A stretch of DNA of 64,000 nucleotides from Trichinella spiralis (taxonomy: Eukaryota): contig NW_003526945.1 in NCBI RefSeq assembly GCF_000181795.1, positions 2,546,488-2,610,487 on the forward strand, given 5' to 3'. The position numbers and the translations under genes are program-made. Positions 1 to 13,192 of the stretch are shown here, piece by piece. Under the pieces are notes generated by a model that had not been told where the DNA came from, made no database searches, and was given only the letters and a program-made list of their open reading frames with translations. Numbering within the stretch: position 1 is the stretch's first letter; the number at the start of each line of letters is the position of its first letter.

Positions 1-2165
1 GGTCGCACGTTTCATGAAAGTGTATTTGCCGAGATATTGAAAAAAACGTTGCGTGATTATGCGATTTTAGTAGAAGTAACAGAAAGTGAAAAAAAACACG
101 AATGCTGGATAATACGAAAGATAATTCAATTCTATGCATATTTTTACAGAAATTACAACTTATATCCTCCAGGCAATGTTCGTGATCCTAATAGGATTTG
201 TACCTGAAATGCATTTTTGTAATACAGTAATCTTTAAAATAGAAAAATTTTATTTACGCAATTTTATTGATTGCAAACGATATAGAAATAAGAATTAATT
301 GAAATGAACACAATGAATTACACTTTTCATCTAATATTGCATTATTTCTCTCAATCAATGATACGTTTACAAACAAACAATTCTCTCAAATTTCTTATTT
401 TATAATAAATTTAGAATTATTCATAGTATCTGTAATTAATAATTGTATAATGTTGTTTCCATATGTGAAGAAAGAATTGATTAATACATTGCACTTCCCC
501 AGAGGAACACCTTGGCAATTTAGAGATTAGAATTGTCCGCAATTATTACATTTGGAAACTATTTTCTTGCAATATGCTCTTTTTTTATTCCAAAAATTCT
601 AAATGCTCAAATCGGTAACTTTATCAAATTTCTCAAAAAATTATCGATTTCTGGTTTTTCATAATTTACATAACTTTAAGTGGCATAAAATTGTTTCCAA
701 TAATCGTAAAATTATATTGCAATTCGCCATAGTTTCTGAGATACTTGGAATAATGTCCACTGTACATACTGGTGAATTAATTCCTTCAATGTTTCGAACA
801 AATACCATGCATGAGCTCAATAATGTGATATGTATTGTGAATATATTTAATTTCATAACTTTTATAATGAAGCTTAACCCTGGGCGACTACATATTATGC
901 TGATTATGCAAATCAGCATTGCATCGTTTTTAATTAGAGAAAGTGAATTCAACTATCCGCAAATTTGGTATAAATGGGAAGCTTGGTAAATGAAAAAGAT
1001 GCTAATAGGGCCCGCATTCTATGAATTGTTTACTTTAGTTGTTTACTTTTTAGCAACGTAAACACTGAAAACGCTTACGTTTTGTTTCGCGGGAAATAAT
1101 GATTATTTCACAGCTATAATATCAAAAATTTATTTCTATTAATCGTAAAAAAAGATGTATTAGTAAATATCTAACAGATTCCATGTCAGAAATGTTTGAT
1201 GTGCAGAATTTGGCAGTCTCTTCTTCGGTTGAAAGAGAGTTACTGATGGCCAACTTTCCTACGTATTAATTTCCGCAGTACCTGAAACTTGGAACCCATT
1301 TATTCCATACCTGCTGGTTAGTTTGGATTGAAACTCTTAAACTGAAACTTTTTTTAATATAAAAGTATAACAATCAAAAAAAAGTCCAAATTTGGAAAAC
1401 AAATTTTTTGCCGATTTTCACAAAAACAATCAAGTTTATAGCCCATGAAATTTTGGAAATTTTTCAGGAAAATTTTTTTTTACAAAAATTGTAGCGGTTG
1501 CTTGATATTGATCAGAAATTAGTAGTGAACTTCTGTAAACTTATCCGCAACGTATGTGATTGGGTATTTTTTGAGATATATCAGAAAAGTGTATCTGAAA
1601 ATAGTATTTGAATGAAGTCGAAATAAAAATAAATGAAAAGTAAATGTTATATAAATGTGTACATGAAGTGGCTTTGTTAATTTTTACAACGAATCTTTGA
1701 ATTTTTTCAGCCAGAAAAGAATTTATTTTATTGAAATTGTTGCTGACTTCCATTTATGGAAACCGAAACTTTCAAAATTTAAAACTTTTGTTCACTGAAT
1801 TTGTTGAGTGTTTACAATGCAGAGTTTAGAATTATCTATCTATAATCAATTTAATTTATTTATTGAAAAGTTTAATGTTAATGTGCCTATAGGAATGATG
1901 TGTATTTGGGTTATCGTCGTTACAATGGATTGTACAGAAATTTTTTGCAATTTTGGCTGTTGAATTTTTTTACTTTTATAAATGTTAGCAAATTTTGATT
2001 TTCCTAAAGTGAATGCAATTTGACTCCTTTTGCATTACAGTATACAATGTTTGTAAGATATCAGTTTACCATTCTTGCCAGCTGAACTGGAAACGGTGTC
2101 AATGAACCGAAGCAAAATATAAAGTCGAAGTTGTTCATTTATGAAAATAGAGAAAAAGATTAATT
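1..2165 (+). other. Possible 3' part of an unidentified multi-exon gene or pseudogene (hydrophobic, weak MFS-transporter-like hints)
   Basis: Several AG...GT-bounded open segments: ITTYILQAMFVILIGFVPEMHFCNT (~150-226), LSAIITFGNYFLAICSFFIPKILNAQI (~531-614), VSEILGIMSTVHTGELIPSMFR (~732-797), RLLDIDQKLVVNFCKLIRN (~1495-1551), NDVYLGYRRYNGLYRNFLQFWLLNFFTFIN (~1893-1983). I could not join them into one clean frame. Confidence 0.25.
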
Positions 2166-2532
2166 TACCGTTTCAAGCATGAAAAGCAAGCTGAATGAGG
2201 AGAAGCGAAGCGTCACCTGTAATCGTTGTTTTATAAGAATACTTGACCGATCGTGCTATTGATTGGACCGATGGAAAAATTCATTTGCTAGTTTCATAAT
2301 TCATGAATGACCTGAATAAAATGCGCTAAAAATTCAACAATTAAACAAATCGGTGTCAGATTTTGCATTGTATATTTTTGCAGAACGATTAACATTATAT
2401 ATTGGATAACAGAACGCTTAGAACAACACTGCCGTCTGTGGAAAGTTGATACGCATGGTCGATTTTCATGAAAATTGAAAGTAAAAAGGTTTAACGGCAG
2501 CAACAACAACAAATCTCATTCATTAGCACAAA

Positions 2533-4782
2533 ATGTCCAGTGCCTTATTTGGTGTTATTATATTTTTCCTTGCATTAGAAAAAATTTCATCGAAATTTCA
2601 ATATTCACCTGATTGGGATTCTTTAGACAGTCGCCCATTGCCAAAATGGTATGACAACGCAAAATTCGGCATTTTTATCCATTGGGGTGTTTATTCTGTT
2701 CCATCTTATGGAGCTGCGGAATGGTTCTGGTACCACTGGAAAATTTCAAAACGACTGAAGGAAACAAATTTCATGAAACAAAATTTCAAACCAAATTTTA
2801 GTTATGTCGACTTCGCACCAATGTTTACATGTGAATTTTTTGATCCTGAACAGTTCGTTAAATTAATAAAAATATCCGGAGCTAAGTAAGTTCATTTTTA
2901 CACTATTGTTTCGCAAATGAAAACTTTTATTTAAAAATTTTCAATTATGCAAGCGCAATTTATTGAAATTTGAAATATGACTGTTGAAATTTATTTAAAG
3001 ATATTTCGTTTTAACGAGTAAACATCACGAAGGCTACACTATGTGGCCAAGTAAATATTCGTGGAATTGGAATAGTATGGATGTAGGCCCAAAACGAGAT
3101 ATCGTCGGTAGGATTGTTTTGACTTGTTAAAAATTCATTTTTAAAAAAGAATTTCCAGGAGAATTAGCCAAACATGCTCAAAAGGCTGGAATTGATTTTG
3201 GCTTGTATTATTCGTTGTACGAATGGTTTAATCCATTGTACCAGTCGGATAAAGCAGCAAATTTTAAAAAACAAGACTATGTAAATGTGAGTAAACGCTT
3301 AAATTTGTGAAAAATATTATTATTTATGAGGAAAAGCAACTTTCAATCGAGCAATAATGATCTCTTTTTGTTTTGCAGCAATAATTTATCCTTTTCATTC
3401 TTTTAATCGTTTTGAATTTCTTATAAATGTAATTTCATTAAAAGAGATTTAATTAACACAGGAAAAGCAATCATTTGAAACACTGTTGTGCCATGAATGA
3501 TGAAATAATATTCAAACTGCGATTAAATAACAAAAATATTTAAGCAACTTTTCATTTTATTAATCTCCACTACATAAACTCTAAAGATTGAAAGATGAAA
3601 TTATCAAAAAGTTACCAATTCTGCTTCTTCATCTCATAGTCTGTTGTAATACCACAACTGATGGAAATCATCTATAAATATCAACCCAAAGTATTATGGA
3701 GTGATGGTGACTGGGAAGCAGCTGATGCCTACTGGAATTCTACCAAATTTTTGGCATGGCTTTATAATGAAAGGTAATTCACGTTAAAAATAATTCAGGT
3801 ATCCAACTAATGTATATTTTAATAAATTAAAATACGACTTTCATTGCAACGCATAATATAATAAAAGTTTAACGGTTTAACACTTTTACTGTTAACGCAG
3901 TCCCGTGAAAGAAGTTGTTGTCGTTAATGACCGTTGGGGCAGAGGTACCATGTGTAAGCACGGTGATTTTTACACTTGTGGCGATCGTTTTCAACCGAGT
4001 AAGGAATATAATTTTAATACTGAATTTAATTCCACGTAAAACTGATTTAGCAACTCTGCAAAAACACAAATGGGAAAGTTGCATTACAATTGATCGAGAA
4101 TCGTGGGGTTTCCGGCGTGAAGCTACGTTAAAGGACTATCATACTGTCGAAGAATTAATTGAAATTTTAATACGCACTGTGAGGTAAAAATTATCCAATC
4201 AGCGCTGTGTCAAATTTATTTCGAAAAACAATTTTCTGCTGTAGTTTCGGAGGTAATCTTCTTTTGAATGTTGGTCCAACGCATTACGGCAAAATCACGC
4301 CAATTTTCGAAGAACGACTAAGACAAATTGGTCAATGGTTAGCAATCAATGGTGAAGCAGTTTATTCTACCAAGCCCTGGTCATATCAACAGGAACCAAA
4401 ATTAAACTTCGTGTGGTAAAATGGATTTTCACTTTTACCATGTTGCCAGTTTAATGCATTAGTTTTCAGGTATACCTCTCGTGTATACGATGAAAGTAAT
4501 TCTATATTCAGTATGCTATTTCAAAGGACAAAAAGTACAACAGTTTACGCAATATTACTCAAATGGCCAGACAACTCATTACTTTCATTGGAAACTATCG
4601 CAGCAAACAATCTTACAAAAATTTCAATGCTTGGATTTCCAGAATATCTGTCTTTTCGTTTCAAAAATCCAAGTGGTATTGAAATTGACCTAAGCAATTT
4701 AAATCCAATCAATTTACCGTCGAAGTGGGCATGGGTTATCAAAATGGAAAATATTGCGAGTGCGTTGGAAATGGAATCTTAA
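2533..4782 (+). CDS. FUCA: Alpha-L-fucosidase (GH29), 8 exons, N-terminal signal peptide
   Basis: Spliced translation gives [68 protein letters not shown] (nucleophile Asp), [27 protein letters not shown]. Exons ~2533-2885, 3001-3107, 3159-3286, 3640-3773, 3901-3998, 4052-4183, 4245-4415, 4470-4782. Confidence 0.97.
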
Positions 4783-4912
4783 ATCTAATTTATACTGCTT
4801 AACTGCAAAGTAAACAATATGCCAATACATTAATTTTTACAAATAAGATGATTCAAATTCTAACTATAATTCGTCTCTCTCATATTAAAGAAATTCAAGC
4901 GGCACGTCCTCT

Positions 4913-5674
4913 CTACGTTTTTCTATATAAATGATTATCGTGACCTTCATCATTCCCTGTTTCCAATTTTGTCAGCATTGCATTCCACACTGCAAATTGC
5001 TTAGAAAAGGAAAAAATCAAATCATTGTAAAGCTGAAGCAGTTGACTAGCTTTTCGCTGAATACTAAAAATAACAATTAAAAAGAAAAAATACATATTAT
5101 CAGAACTTACCATTCTTTCTCTGCTATTGCCGTTAAGAAATTTTCAGAAGTACGCGTTAATTCAGATGGATAAGAATTCACCACACGAATACTCTCTGAA
5201 TTCAAAACCGGAGAAAAGCTGGAAACTTTTGCAAACATCGCTATGAGTGCCTTTAATGAATCCATTTTCAGCATGATCAATTGTAATTTAGCATTTGGAG
5301 ATAATAAAATCTAAATTTTACAACAATAACAACAGCAATAATAATAAACTATGCCGAAAAATATACCTCGATGAAAAACCTTGGCTGAATAATATCACAT
5401 GCCTCTTTGCACTCTTGTAGATATTCTATGACCTGTAAATGAACAATCAAAAATACTAAATCACTACGCATATTAAAATTCCGTTAAAACAACATGATAA
5501 TTTATTAATAATTACCTTTGACTTATTTTGCAAAAATTCATTAAGAGCCAGTTTTGTAGTTTTGTATTGACTCAAAATGCTTTCTTCAAAATTTTCAGAT
5601 ACTTCTGACTGAGTTCTAATCAACGTTTCCAGCTGGCTCATCCTCTTTTCAAGAAAGTTCATACTGCAATTCAT
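4913..5674 (-). CDS. DCTN3: Dynactin subunit 3 (p22/p24), 4 exons
   Basis: MNCSMNFLEKRMSQLETLI / VIEYLQECKEACDIIQPRFFIE / ILLSPNAKLQLIML...PVLNSESIRVV / QLLQLYNDLIFSFSKQFAVWNAMLTKLE matches the DCTN3 pattern (SKLQFIL...PMLDSAHIKAV...LLEEYNK..LLSKQFVQWD). Confidence 0.85.
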
Positions 5675-6415
5675 GATACCTCACAAAAAACTTTTACTCC
5701 TCGTATTATACTGTAATTAATAGCATACAGGAACAATTACAGTAACTCATCCAAAACATGATAATATACAACCAAAAGTTACGCTTTTCTCATGTATAAA
5801 TTAAATTTTATATTTATTGTTTTTTAAAAAGCCATTAAATAAGTTAGGTTTATTAATAAACAGTTTTTTACATTTAACAGTTTTAAGAATAACATTATTC
5901 AGTAATATGATGGGCTCATTTTATCATGATTGAGTGATTAACATTTATTTGAAAATATCATTATAAAATCAGAAAAAATACAAAAAACGCTAAAATAATT
6001 ACGACAGTAAAAATGCAATTTTGTCGACAGGCCCCTAAAAAAAGAAAAATATTTTAAAACTGAAATAACTGCACTTGAATTGTTACGTGATGTCGAACTG
6101 TGGTTTTTAAAAGGTTTTACTCGATTATTGAAACAACAGTTGTGCAATATTGCAGGTTGTTGGTGTATAACATTCAATCGGGGTCAGCTGATAGCCAGTT
6201 AATACTTCAGCCATCTGAATAACTGTAAAATGAATCCATAATAACGAAGTATACATTCACAAGCTAAAATTTGACTAATGTCGTAATCGCATCACTATAC
6301 GTAAAAAGTAAATATCATTTATAATAAAAACAAAAAAACAACAAACATATGAAAGTATAAGTATGCGTTTATACAATTACAATTTTATTCATTTGTATAA
6401 ATCTTTGTTTCCAGC

Positions 6416-6778
6416 TTAATATTTATGTTGCGATGTATTTTGAACTTTATTCTTTTCTGAACTGACCATGTTTTTGATCAGACTCTTTCTCTTAGCATTT
6501 TCTCTTTGATGCTTTCTAGTTTCTTTAATTTCATCTCTTACACAATCCATTACTTCTTCTGGAATACGTAAATATTTGATACTGCAGCCACGTATGAATG
6601 CTTCAGGAATGCGCCAAAATCGATCACCTTCTTTTGAAGTGCATATAACATCTCGTAAATGAACATTCATCCAACAGTCGCAAGCTTCCAGATGACCATT
6701 ATATGTTTCACCATTTTTCAGTTCTATCAACATTGGATGATTCTGAGCTGTCCGTAGCAACGTCAGTGGAAAAACCAT
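6416..6778 (-). CDS. LSM4: U6 snRNA-associated Sm-like protein LSm4, single coding exon
   Basis: [76 protein letters not shown] is the LSm4 Sm fold. A TTTTTAG acceptor lies 2 nt before the ATG at 6778. Confidence 0.96.
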   Translation of the reverse strand: MVFPLTLLRTAQNHPMLIELKNGETYNGHLEACDCWMNVHLRDVICTSKEGDRFWRIPEAFIRGCSIKYLRIPEEVMDCVRDEIKETRKHQRENAKRKSLIKNMVSSEKNKVQNTSQHKY

Positions 6779-7363
6779 TTCTAAAAAATCGAAGTGAAAA
6801 AAGGACAACACGAACTTTGTGTTACTTCATAAGAAGAACTAATAAATTAATGATAACTAAATTAAAAGGTGAGTTAATATTATTTTACGAAAAAAATTTG
6901 GCATACAGAAAATCGATGCCATAATTTAAAGTATCAAAGTATAAACAATCTTTATTTACATTCAGTAATTTAACAAATTCAAGAATGAATCTTACAGTTA
7001 TCATATTTCCATAGTTATTAAAGTTTAAATACTTCATAGTAATATATTTATATAAATAATTCCATAAAATTATCATACTCATGCATATTGAAATCACTAT
7101 ATAATATTCAGAAAGAAATCGAATACTGTAGTAAACCAGATACTACTTTTATAGTAAGAAACATAAAACAGCCCACAATATAAAATATTAATATTGAACT
7201 ATGTTCACTTAATTTTTTACATTTTCTAATTTTAGTCTATTTATTACGTTTCCATCCGTTATTACCAACAGCAATACGGCATAGGTTCTATAGTATATTC
7301 TCTTACAATCTGATCTTCAAGTTCGTCCCGCAATACTCGATATGACGGGCGATTTAAAAGGGA

Positions 7364-7710
7364 TGTCGCTGGTCTTGTTCAAGCAAGCTAATGCTCTTCG
7401 CACAACAGCGAACGAAATACCGAGTATGGAATTTCATTTCAATAATTGAAGTCAACAGAGAACAGAGAAAATTGCGAACAAACCGACCGTTCAGATAGTA
7501 ACACACAACGCTAATGTTCGTGATCTCTGCAACACGCTGCTCACAACTACCGCACGGCTCGCTCAGTCAGAATGATACTGATTTTCCTCCTCGCTTTCCT
7601 CGCATTCATGGCGCGAAAGAAATTCGATACCACGGTCTCTGTTGGTCATAAATCCATTTCTGTCATTCTCCTCTCTGTTGTCAGGAAGTGACCGATCTGG
7701 TCCCGCGACA
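7364..7710 (-). mobile_element. Putative solo LTR or LTR remnant
   Basis: GC-elevated non-coding block of 347 bp with TGTCGC...GCGACA inverted termini. There is no target-site duplication (flanks AGGGA / CCGGC). Confidence 0.35.
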
Positions 7711-8379
7711 CCGGCTCACATATCGCTGATACATGTTCCTTCTCAAATGTCAATTCTGACAGATAGATGTGAAGCAAACAACAATTACTCTACTTCCTTT
7801 GAACCATGTAAACACGACCATAAAAATAACAAAAAATAGAAATAGAAAGGAATTTCTAACGTTCGAGGTAAACACAACACGTTCAGGAGACAAAAATAAG
7901 AAATGCAATTTCCAACAGTTCATTACTCAATAATTTTCAGAATCCTAACAATCCCAAAATCACGCAATCTCAAGAAGCTATAATCTAAAGTTTCCCAAAA
8001 GATACTTTACATAACGAACATTACGCAACTATGTTCATAACAGCTCTATTGCTGGTTAACGTTTTTCCTGCATTAGTAATATTATAATACAAAATACCCT
8101 TATTAAAAATAAAAAATATAACACATAAATTCATCATACGCCAACTGATCGCAAAGGATTGGGAACATGTGATCGCCGACTTACTAAAACTACACTATAT
8201 TTTTAGCAATTCCATATTCCATCATTGACTGTACACAACTGTTTGGTGAATTACCAAAAGCCAATCATTTTCGGTGTCGATGCACATTATATGCTTTCAA
8301 AAATTAAAAAACTTTTACTTTCATCTCATATTTACAGTATATTCTTCAATGTGTGGCATATTCAAAACAAAATTTTAAT

Positions 8380-11300
8380 AATTAAATCTTCGGTTTCGCG
8401 CATCCTGCAATGTACCTGTATACGAAGGTTCAAAAACTAATGCCTAACCCACTGATCAAATTCGCAGATATAAAATACTGCTTATCTAACACAATATCCA
8501 AATATTCATAGAAAATGTCAAATAAAAATCATACTTCATTGTGAGATAAAAAACAGTAAACAAAAAACTAATTCTGAAAATCAAGATCAATTTACATACT
8601 GTAAAATAAAACAAATGTAATATTGAGATTAATTACTAGAAAGTAAATCAAAAATAAACTACTGAAAATGAAGTACCCGTTACCAAAAAAATTCTGATAA
8701 TGAACAAGATGATAAAAAACAGAAGACGCATTAAATAACAGAAATTAGATGCGTCTGTCACTAATGAGACAGCAAAATTGACCCATTTTACAGGATAATT
8801 TGGTGGCGGCATTTGTCCTACTTCTGTCATTGACTATGCAGCTTTCCTTATTCAATGAGTGCGCCTCGTTCAATGCTTACTGCCTTACATTGTTAGCATT
8901 TCTTCACACAGTTTACCAACAGTCCACATTTCACATGCTAGTTTTAATGTATTAGTTCATAGAAAGCTTACCTATTTAGATTTTTTAGTTTTCAATGTTT
9001 AAATTCATCAGCAGATGAAAGCTAAACATGAAATTTAACACAAACGCACCTTCCGTCTTATTACCTTATCACAAATTGGATAAAACAAGAAATTCCAACT
9101 CGATTGAAAGCAGTGGCGTTCACATGTCTTGCGATAACAGCGTGCGCATTGAAAAAGACAAACGACGCATTAATTACAGATTTCGCCGGTTTGTATTATT
9201 TCTGAGAGGCGATAATGCTTAAAAAATCTTTGTACTGCAGAATAGCAAACATTTTTAATAATTAATAACAAAACAACAATAAAATATTCACAAAAGAATA
9301 ACCAACATTTACGAAAAACATATATACTATATGATGATCACCCAAATAACATAATATTTAACCATGAATCGACATATCCTCTTGCAGAGCAGTTACAGCA
9401 CTTCATTCAACAAACTCCTGAATTTGGTTTTGCGCCAAATCTTTCTTTATCCATGCATTAAAGTCACCCAGAGCGAAACGCTGATGGGGCAAGCGTTTCA
9501 CCAAAATCGTTTCCATTGCAACTATCTCTTCTTCGGAACTTATTCCAAAAATGCATAATCTACCAATCAAAGAACCATAAACATAGCATACAAACTGGCA
9601 GCAGTCGTTCATCCATAAGCCAATCCACACCACTTCTTTACTATTGTAGCGTCAGAATGCAAAAGCCATAAACCATTCGATTCTATCCTACAGGTCAATG
9701 CAGTCGCTAGAACTGCTTCCACCCTTATGTCACGGGAGTGTCCTGATTCGAAGCCTTTTCTGGCCACTCTGATGAGATGATTTCTTTACTCTATGCATTT
9801 ATCTACATTATTCGGTGCCCAAAATTTTTAGTAGACCGGATACTCCATTTCAGACAATGCTTGTCTATCGCATCTTCTTTCTTCAAGCCATTTACAATCT
9901 TCCTTGCCAAAACATTATTATTGCGTAGTAGTAGATAAACTGGTAGTAGTTGCTCATCGGTAAAACAATCCGCACCATTTGCTTATTCTTGTGCTGACTG
10001 AATTCAAATGTCATAAAGCCTTCAAATCCTTGCCTGTGCAATCGCAAAGATCACAGCATACCACATGATAATCTTTAAATTCTTTTAATTTCCGGGTTAC
10101 TACCCATCCAAACACACAAGATTTCACGTGCGTGAATAGTTAACGTAAGGATAACATTCGGAGAGTATTCAGCATTATACTGAGGCCGACACTGATCACA
10201 GTATTATCCAGTCACAATTTGGTGCGCAAACTGGCAGTCCACGTACGGCTTTTACCATTCCAATAAATAGTCACCGCATGTGGATGGGTTGGATGGAATC
10301 AGTTCCTGTCTAGTGTAGATGGAGTTTTCTTCGCATACCGCATGCAGTTCAAAGCAGTTAAAGGATTGATGGTCAGTTCGGTGTAGTTGTTTCTTCGCTG
10401 TTGCGTAGTGATCGTGACGGGCGCACCATAACGATCAAAACTATCAGTATCGCGCAGCAATTTTTCATTCTATGCAACTCTGTTCGCTGCTGGCCACGTC
10501 ATTTCTTCACTAAAATGAGCCTTCCTGTTTCAAACACACCATCCAATCGTTTACACTTCACAGTTCCACTGTGACGCTTCCACAACCATGATATTCGTGA
10601 AAATGACGTCACAGAATTTTAGACCATGCGAATCAACATTCCCATTGATCTGACCGATGATGAGGCATGCTGATCTTCACTATAGAGCGAAATTATGTTT
10701 TAGAAAATGTAACCTGGTCTGCAAGCCAGTAAAAATCTAAAACACAATAAGCATACGCTCATAAATCAGCACTATGATGTCACCACATCGTTTGTGTGAT
10801 TTGCAGGTGCATTACAGTAATTTGTCGAATACCGTACTTAGAAATGCATTTTCGTTTTTCCTCCCTCATTATTAGTTAATATCATGAAAATAATCAGAAA
10901 TACATATGCACATATTCAATATTTTTTCATGATTGATGGTTAGGTTTCTCAGAAACACAATGGTATGCGTTTCTGTTTCACATAATTCCGTTTCAAAAAG
11001 AAACTCAGTTTATAGTTGCACAAACAAATTTTACAATTCACTGATAACGACTGTTTGAAAATCATTTTATAATAATTACATTTAAAAGATTGTGGTGCCT
11101 GAAATCATTACTGTATTAAAGTACAATCAAGAATTAATCATATTATTGAATTTTTGTAATTTCGGCTTTCGTACATAATTTTAACTTTATTTGATTATTG
11201 TGAATAAGTTTTTACAACATTTAAAAAGAATATTTCATATGCGTATGAAATATCTTACTCGAGTAGGAAATTTGTATTTTTATGTTAATGAACATTAACA

Positions 11301-11425
11301 AACAATTGATGTTTATCATGTTTGAATGCTTTGTTTTTGAATTTTTTTCCACTGCATGAATAAATTTATTTCATAAAATTTGAATTTTAGATTTCAAACT
11401 GAAAATGTAATGGCACAAATTAGCA
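8380..11425 (+). repeat. Inverted segmental duplication, copy A (near-identical core 8989-10968; diverged flanks)
   Basis: Reverse complement of ~45810-48985. Shared ORF-track translations MKFNTNAPSVLLPYHKLDK (9028+ / 48323-) and MVWIGLWMNDCCQFVC (9633- / 47474+). The core aligns without gaps except for the LTR in copy B. Confidence 0.97.
9370..9900 (-). pseudogene. Decayed AP-endonuclease (APE) domain of a non-LTR retrotransposon
   Basis: Motifs in the expected order: WLEERRCDRQALSEMEY (D-x-x-ALSE), NSKEVVWIGLW...VCYVYG, RFALGDFNAWI (GDFN), QIQEFVE*. Interrupted by stops and frame changes. Confidence 0.6.
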
Positions 11426-11866
11426 CGGGGTTCGTTAAGAGATGGCTTTATATTTCACCTCAGTAGCAGAATGTGATATGCATAATGTTAAAAATTGATA
11501 GGCTGACAACACTTGTCAAAATTTTATGAAATGTTTGCAGAAATTTGGGGAATTAGGTTTTTTCCATTTTTATTAAGCACTGAAAACTGTAATTTACTTT
11601 AAAAATTGTAAAATTCCAATACTTTTCATTTTTATTCTCACTAAAAAAGTGCCATTTTCAGCCCTTTTAACATTTACTAATAAATAATGGCGATAACACG
11701 ATATAAAACAAATATATCCCTAAATTCAGTTGACACGGTTTAACAATTTTCAGAAAATAAAGTACTACAAGAGGGAAGAGCTCCCATTCTTGAAGTTTCT
11801 GTTAAAACTGTTGCAACTTTGCCAGCAGCTAAAAACAAAAAGTTGACCATATATCTGTTTCATCGT

Positions 11867-12928
11867 TCAAGTTTCCAGGGCTGGATTGACCAATGTTTTG
11901 TAATCGCCATTCATCTTATTAGAAATCTCTTCATACTCACGTTTAATATTATTAATAACCCATTCCATTGCCTGACAACCCTACAAGAAATACCATGAAT
12001 TAAAGATTCGAATCGGTATAATCAATTCAAGAAAAAATATCTACCAATCACACTTTTCAAATACGAAATAAATAAAAGTTAAAAAACAAATGCCAAAAGC
12101 TTTACAATCATTTTCCTTCAATCAAATACACTGATGTAATCTCAAAAAAATTATCCCATTAAAAGCGCTCTAAATAAGCGGAAAACTTACTTTTTGTGAA
12201 TTGAAGCGAAACATGTTAACCAACATATTTTCCATGTAACTAATAAGCGGCACTCCATAAACGCTAATACTAGCAGCCTGAGTCATCAGTGTTCTAAAAT
12301 AAACGAAAATAATTGTTGTAAAACTAAAATCAGATAATAATACTTATTCGCTTCGGTTGGATGCGGTACATATTTCAGGGTCTCTTCTACACAAACAAAA
12401 TTTCGGCAGTTCAACTAAAAATACAGCAACGACATTTAACACTTTCACAAAATTTCATATAAGCGAATTAAAATTCTTAACACACAAGCGCAAATTAAAA
12501 CAGATTTTAACAAACTTCATATATCTTACATTCTGAGATCGCAACAGCATTCGTTTCGACTGAGTATCAACTTCAGAGTACTCATGAGCGTAGCTCGGAT
12601 TTTTCAAGCCAATCAACTAAAATTCACTTTTAGAAAGTAAACAATACAATGTGACAAAATAGCCCGCAAACTTTAGTGGCCCAAGAAGGCACTCTCCATT
12701 CAGTTCTGATCACTCGATCTGTACGCAAAATTCCATCAGGGCCTAGTTCTCTGTTAACAATATCTATTCCAGTAACTTCTGGCTTTAAAGGATTTGGATA
12801 CTTCCGCCAAGCAGCTTTCACCACTGTATCCCAATCATGCCTACATAAAAGAACATTCAAAAGATATTAAATATCAAAATATACAAGAGAACTTACTCAA
12901 ATACATGCTCTGACAACCAAAACTTCAT
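11867..12928 (-). CDS. PRELID3: PRELI/MSF1-domain protein (slowmo/PRELID3-like mitochondrial lipid transfer protein), 6 exons
   Basis: MKFWLSEHVFE|HDWDTVVKAAWRKYPNPLKPEVTGIDIVNR...HEYSEVD...FVCVEETLKYVPHP...TLMTQAASI...GCQAMEWVI; canonical GT-AG introns. Confidence 0.95.
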
Positions 12929-13178
12929 TTCCTGAATACCACTACACACCTTCCGCTTCAAGTTTACAAATAGCAAAAGCAATTTCGATAGTAAGCAGCA
13001 TGCTACAGTAAAGAAATGCAGGATTAGTAATAAATTTCGCACAGAATAAATTGTGCTAACATCACCAAAATTTAAAGTTAAATATGATAAGTTGAATATT
13101 TTAGCCCATAATTGTTTTAATAATTTATTTTTTTTGTTAAAACTAAGTTAATTGTCAAAAAAGATGATAGGAACAGTT

Positions 13179-13192
13179 TGATGACGTCATCA
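13179..13192. promoter_or_regulatory. Perfect palindromic CRE (ATF/CREB site) TGATGACGTCATCA
   Basis: 14-bp perfect palindrome ~250 bp upstream of the PRELI ATG, in the divergent PRELI/PREP intergenic region. Confidence 0.45.

Noticed and set aside
9028..9222. Duplicated 64-aa ORF MKFNTNAPSV... (also 48129-48323)
   Set aside because: It is present twice only because of the duplication, has no recognisable domain, and the differences I compared are non-synonymous.
9769..9800. CTGATGAG hammerhead ribozyme core
   Set aside because: No stem II or GAAA follows, so the core cannot be completed.
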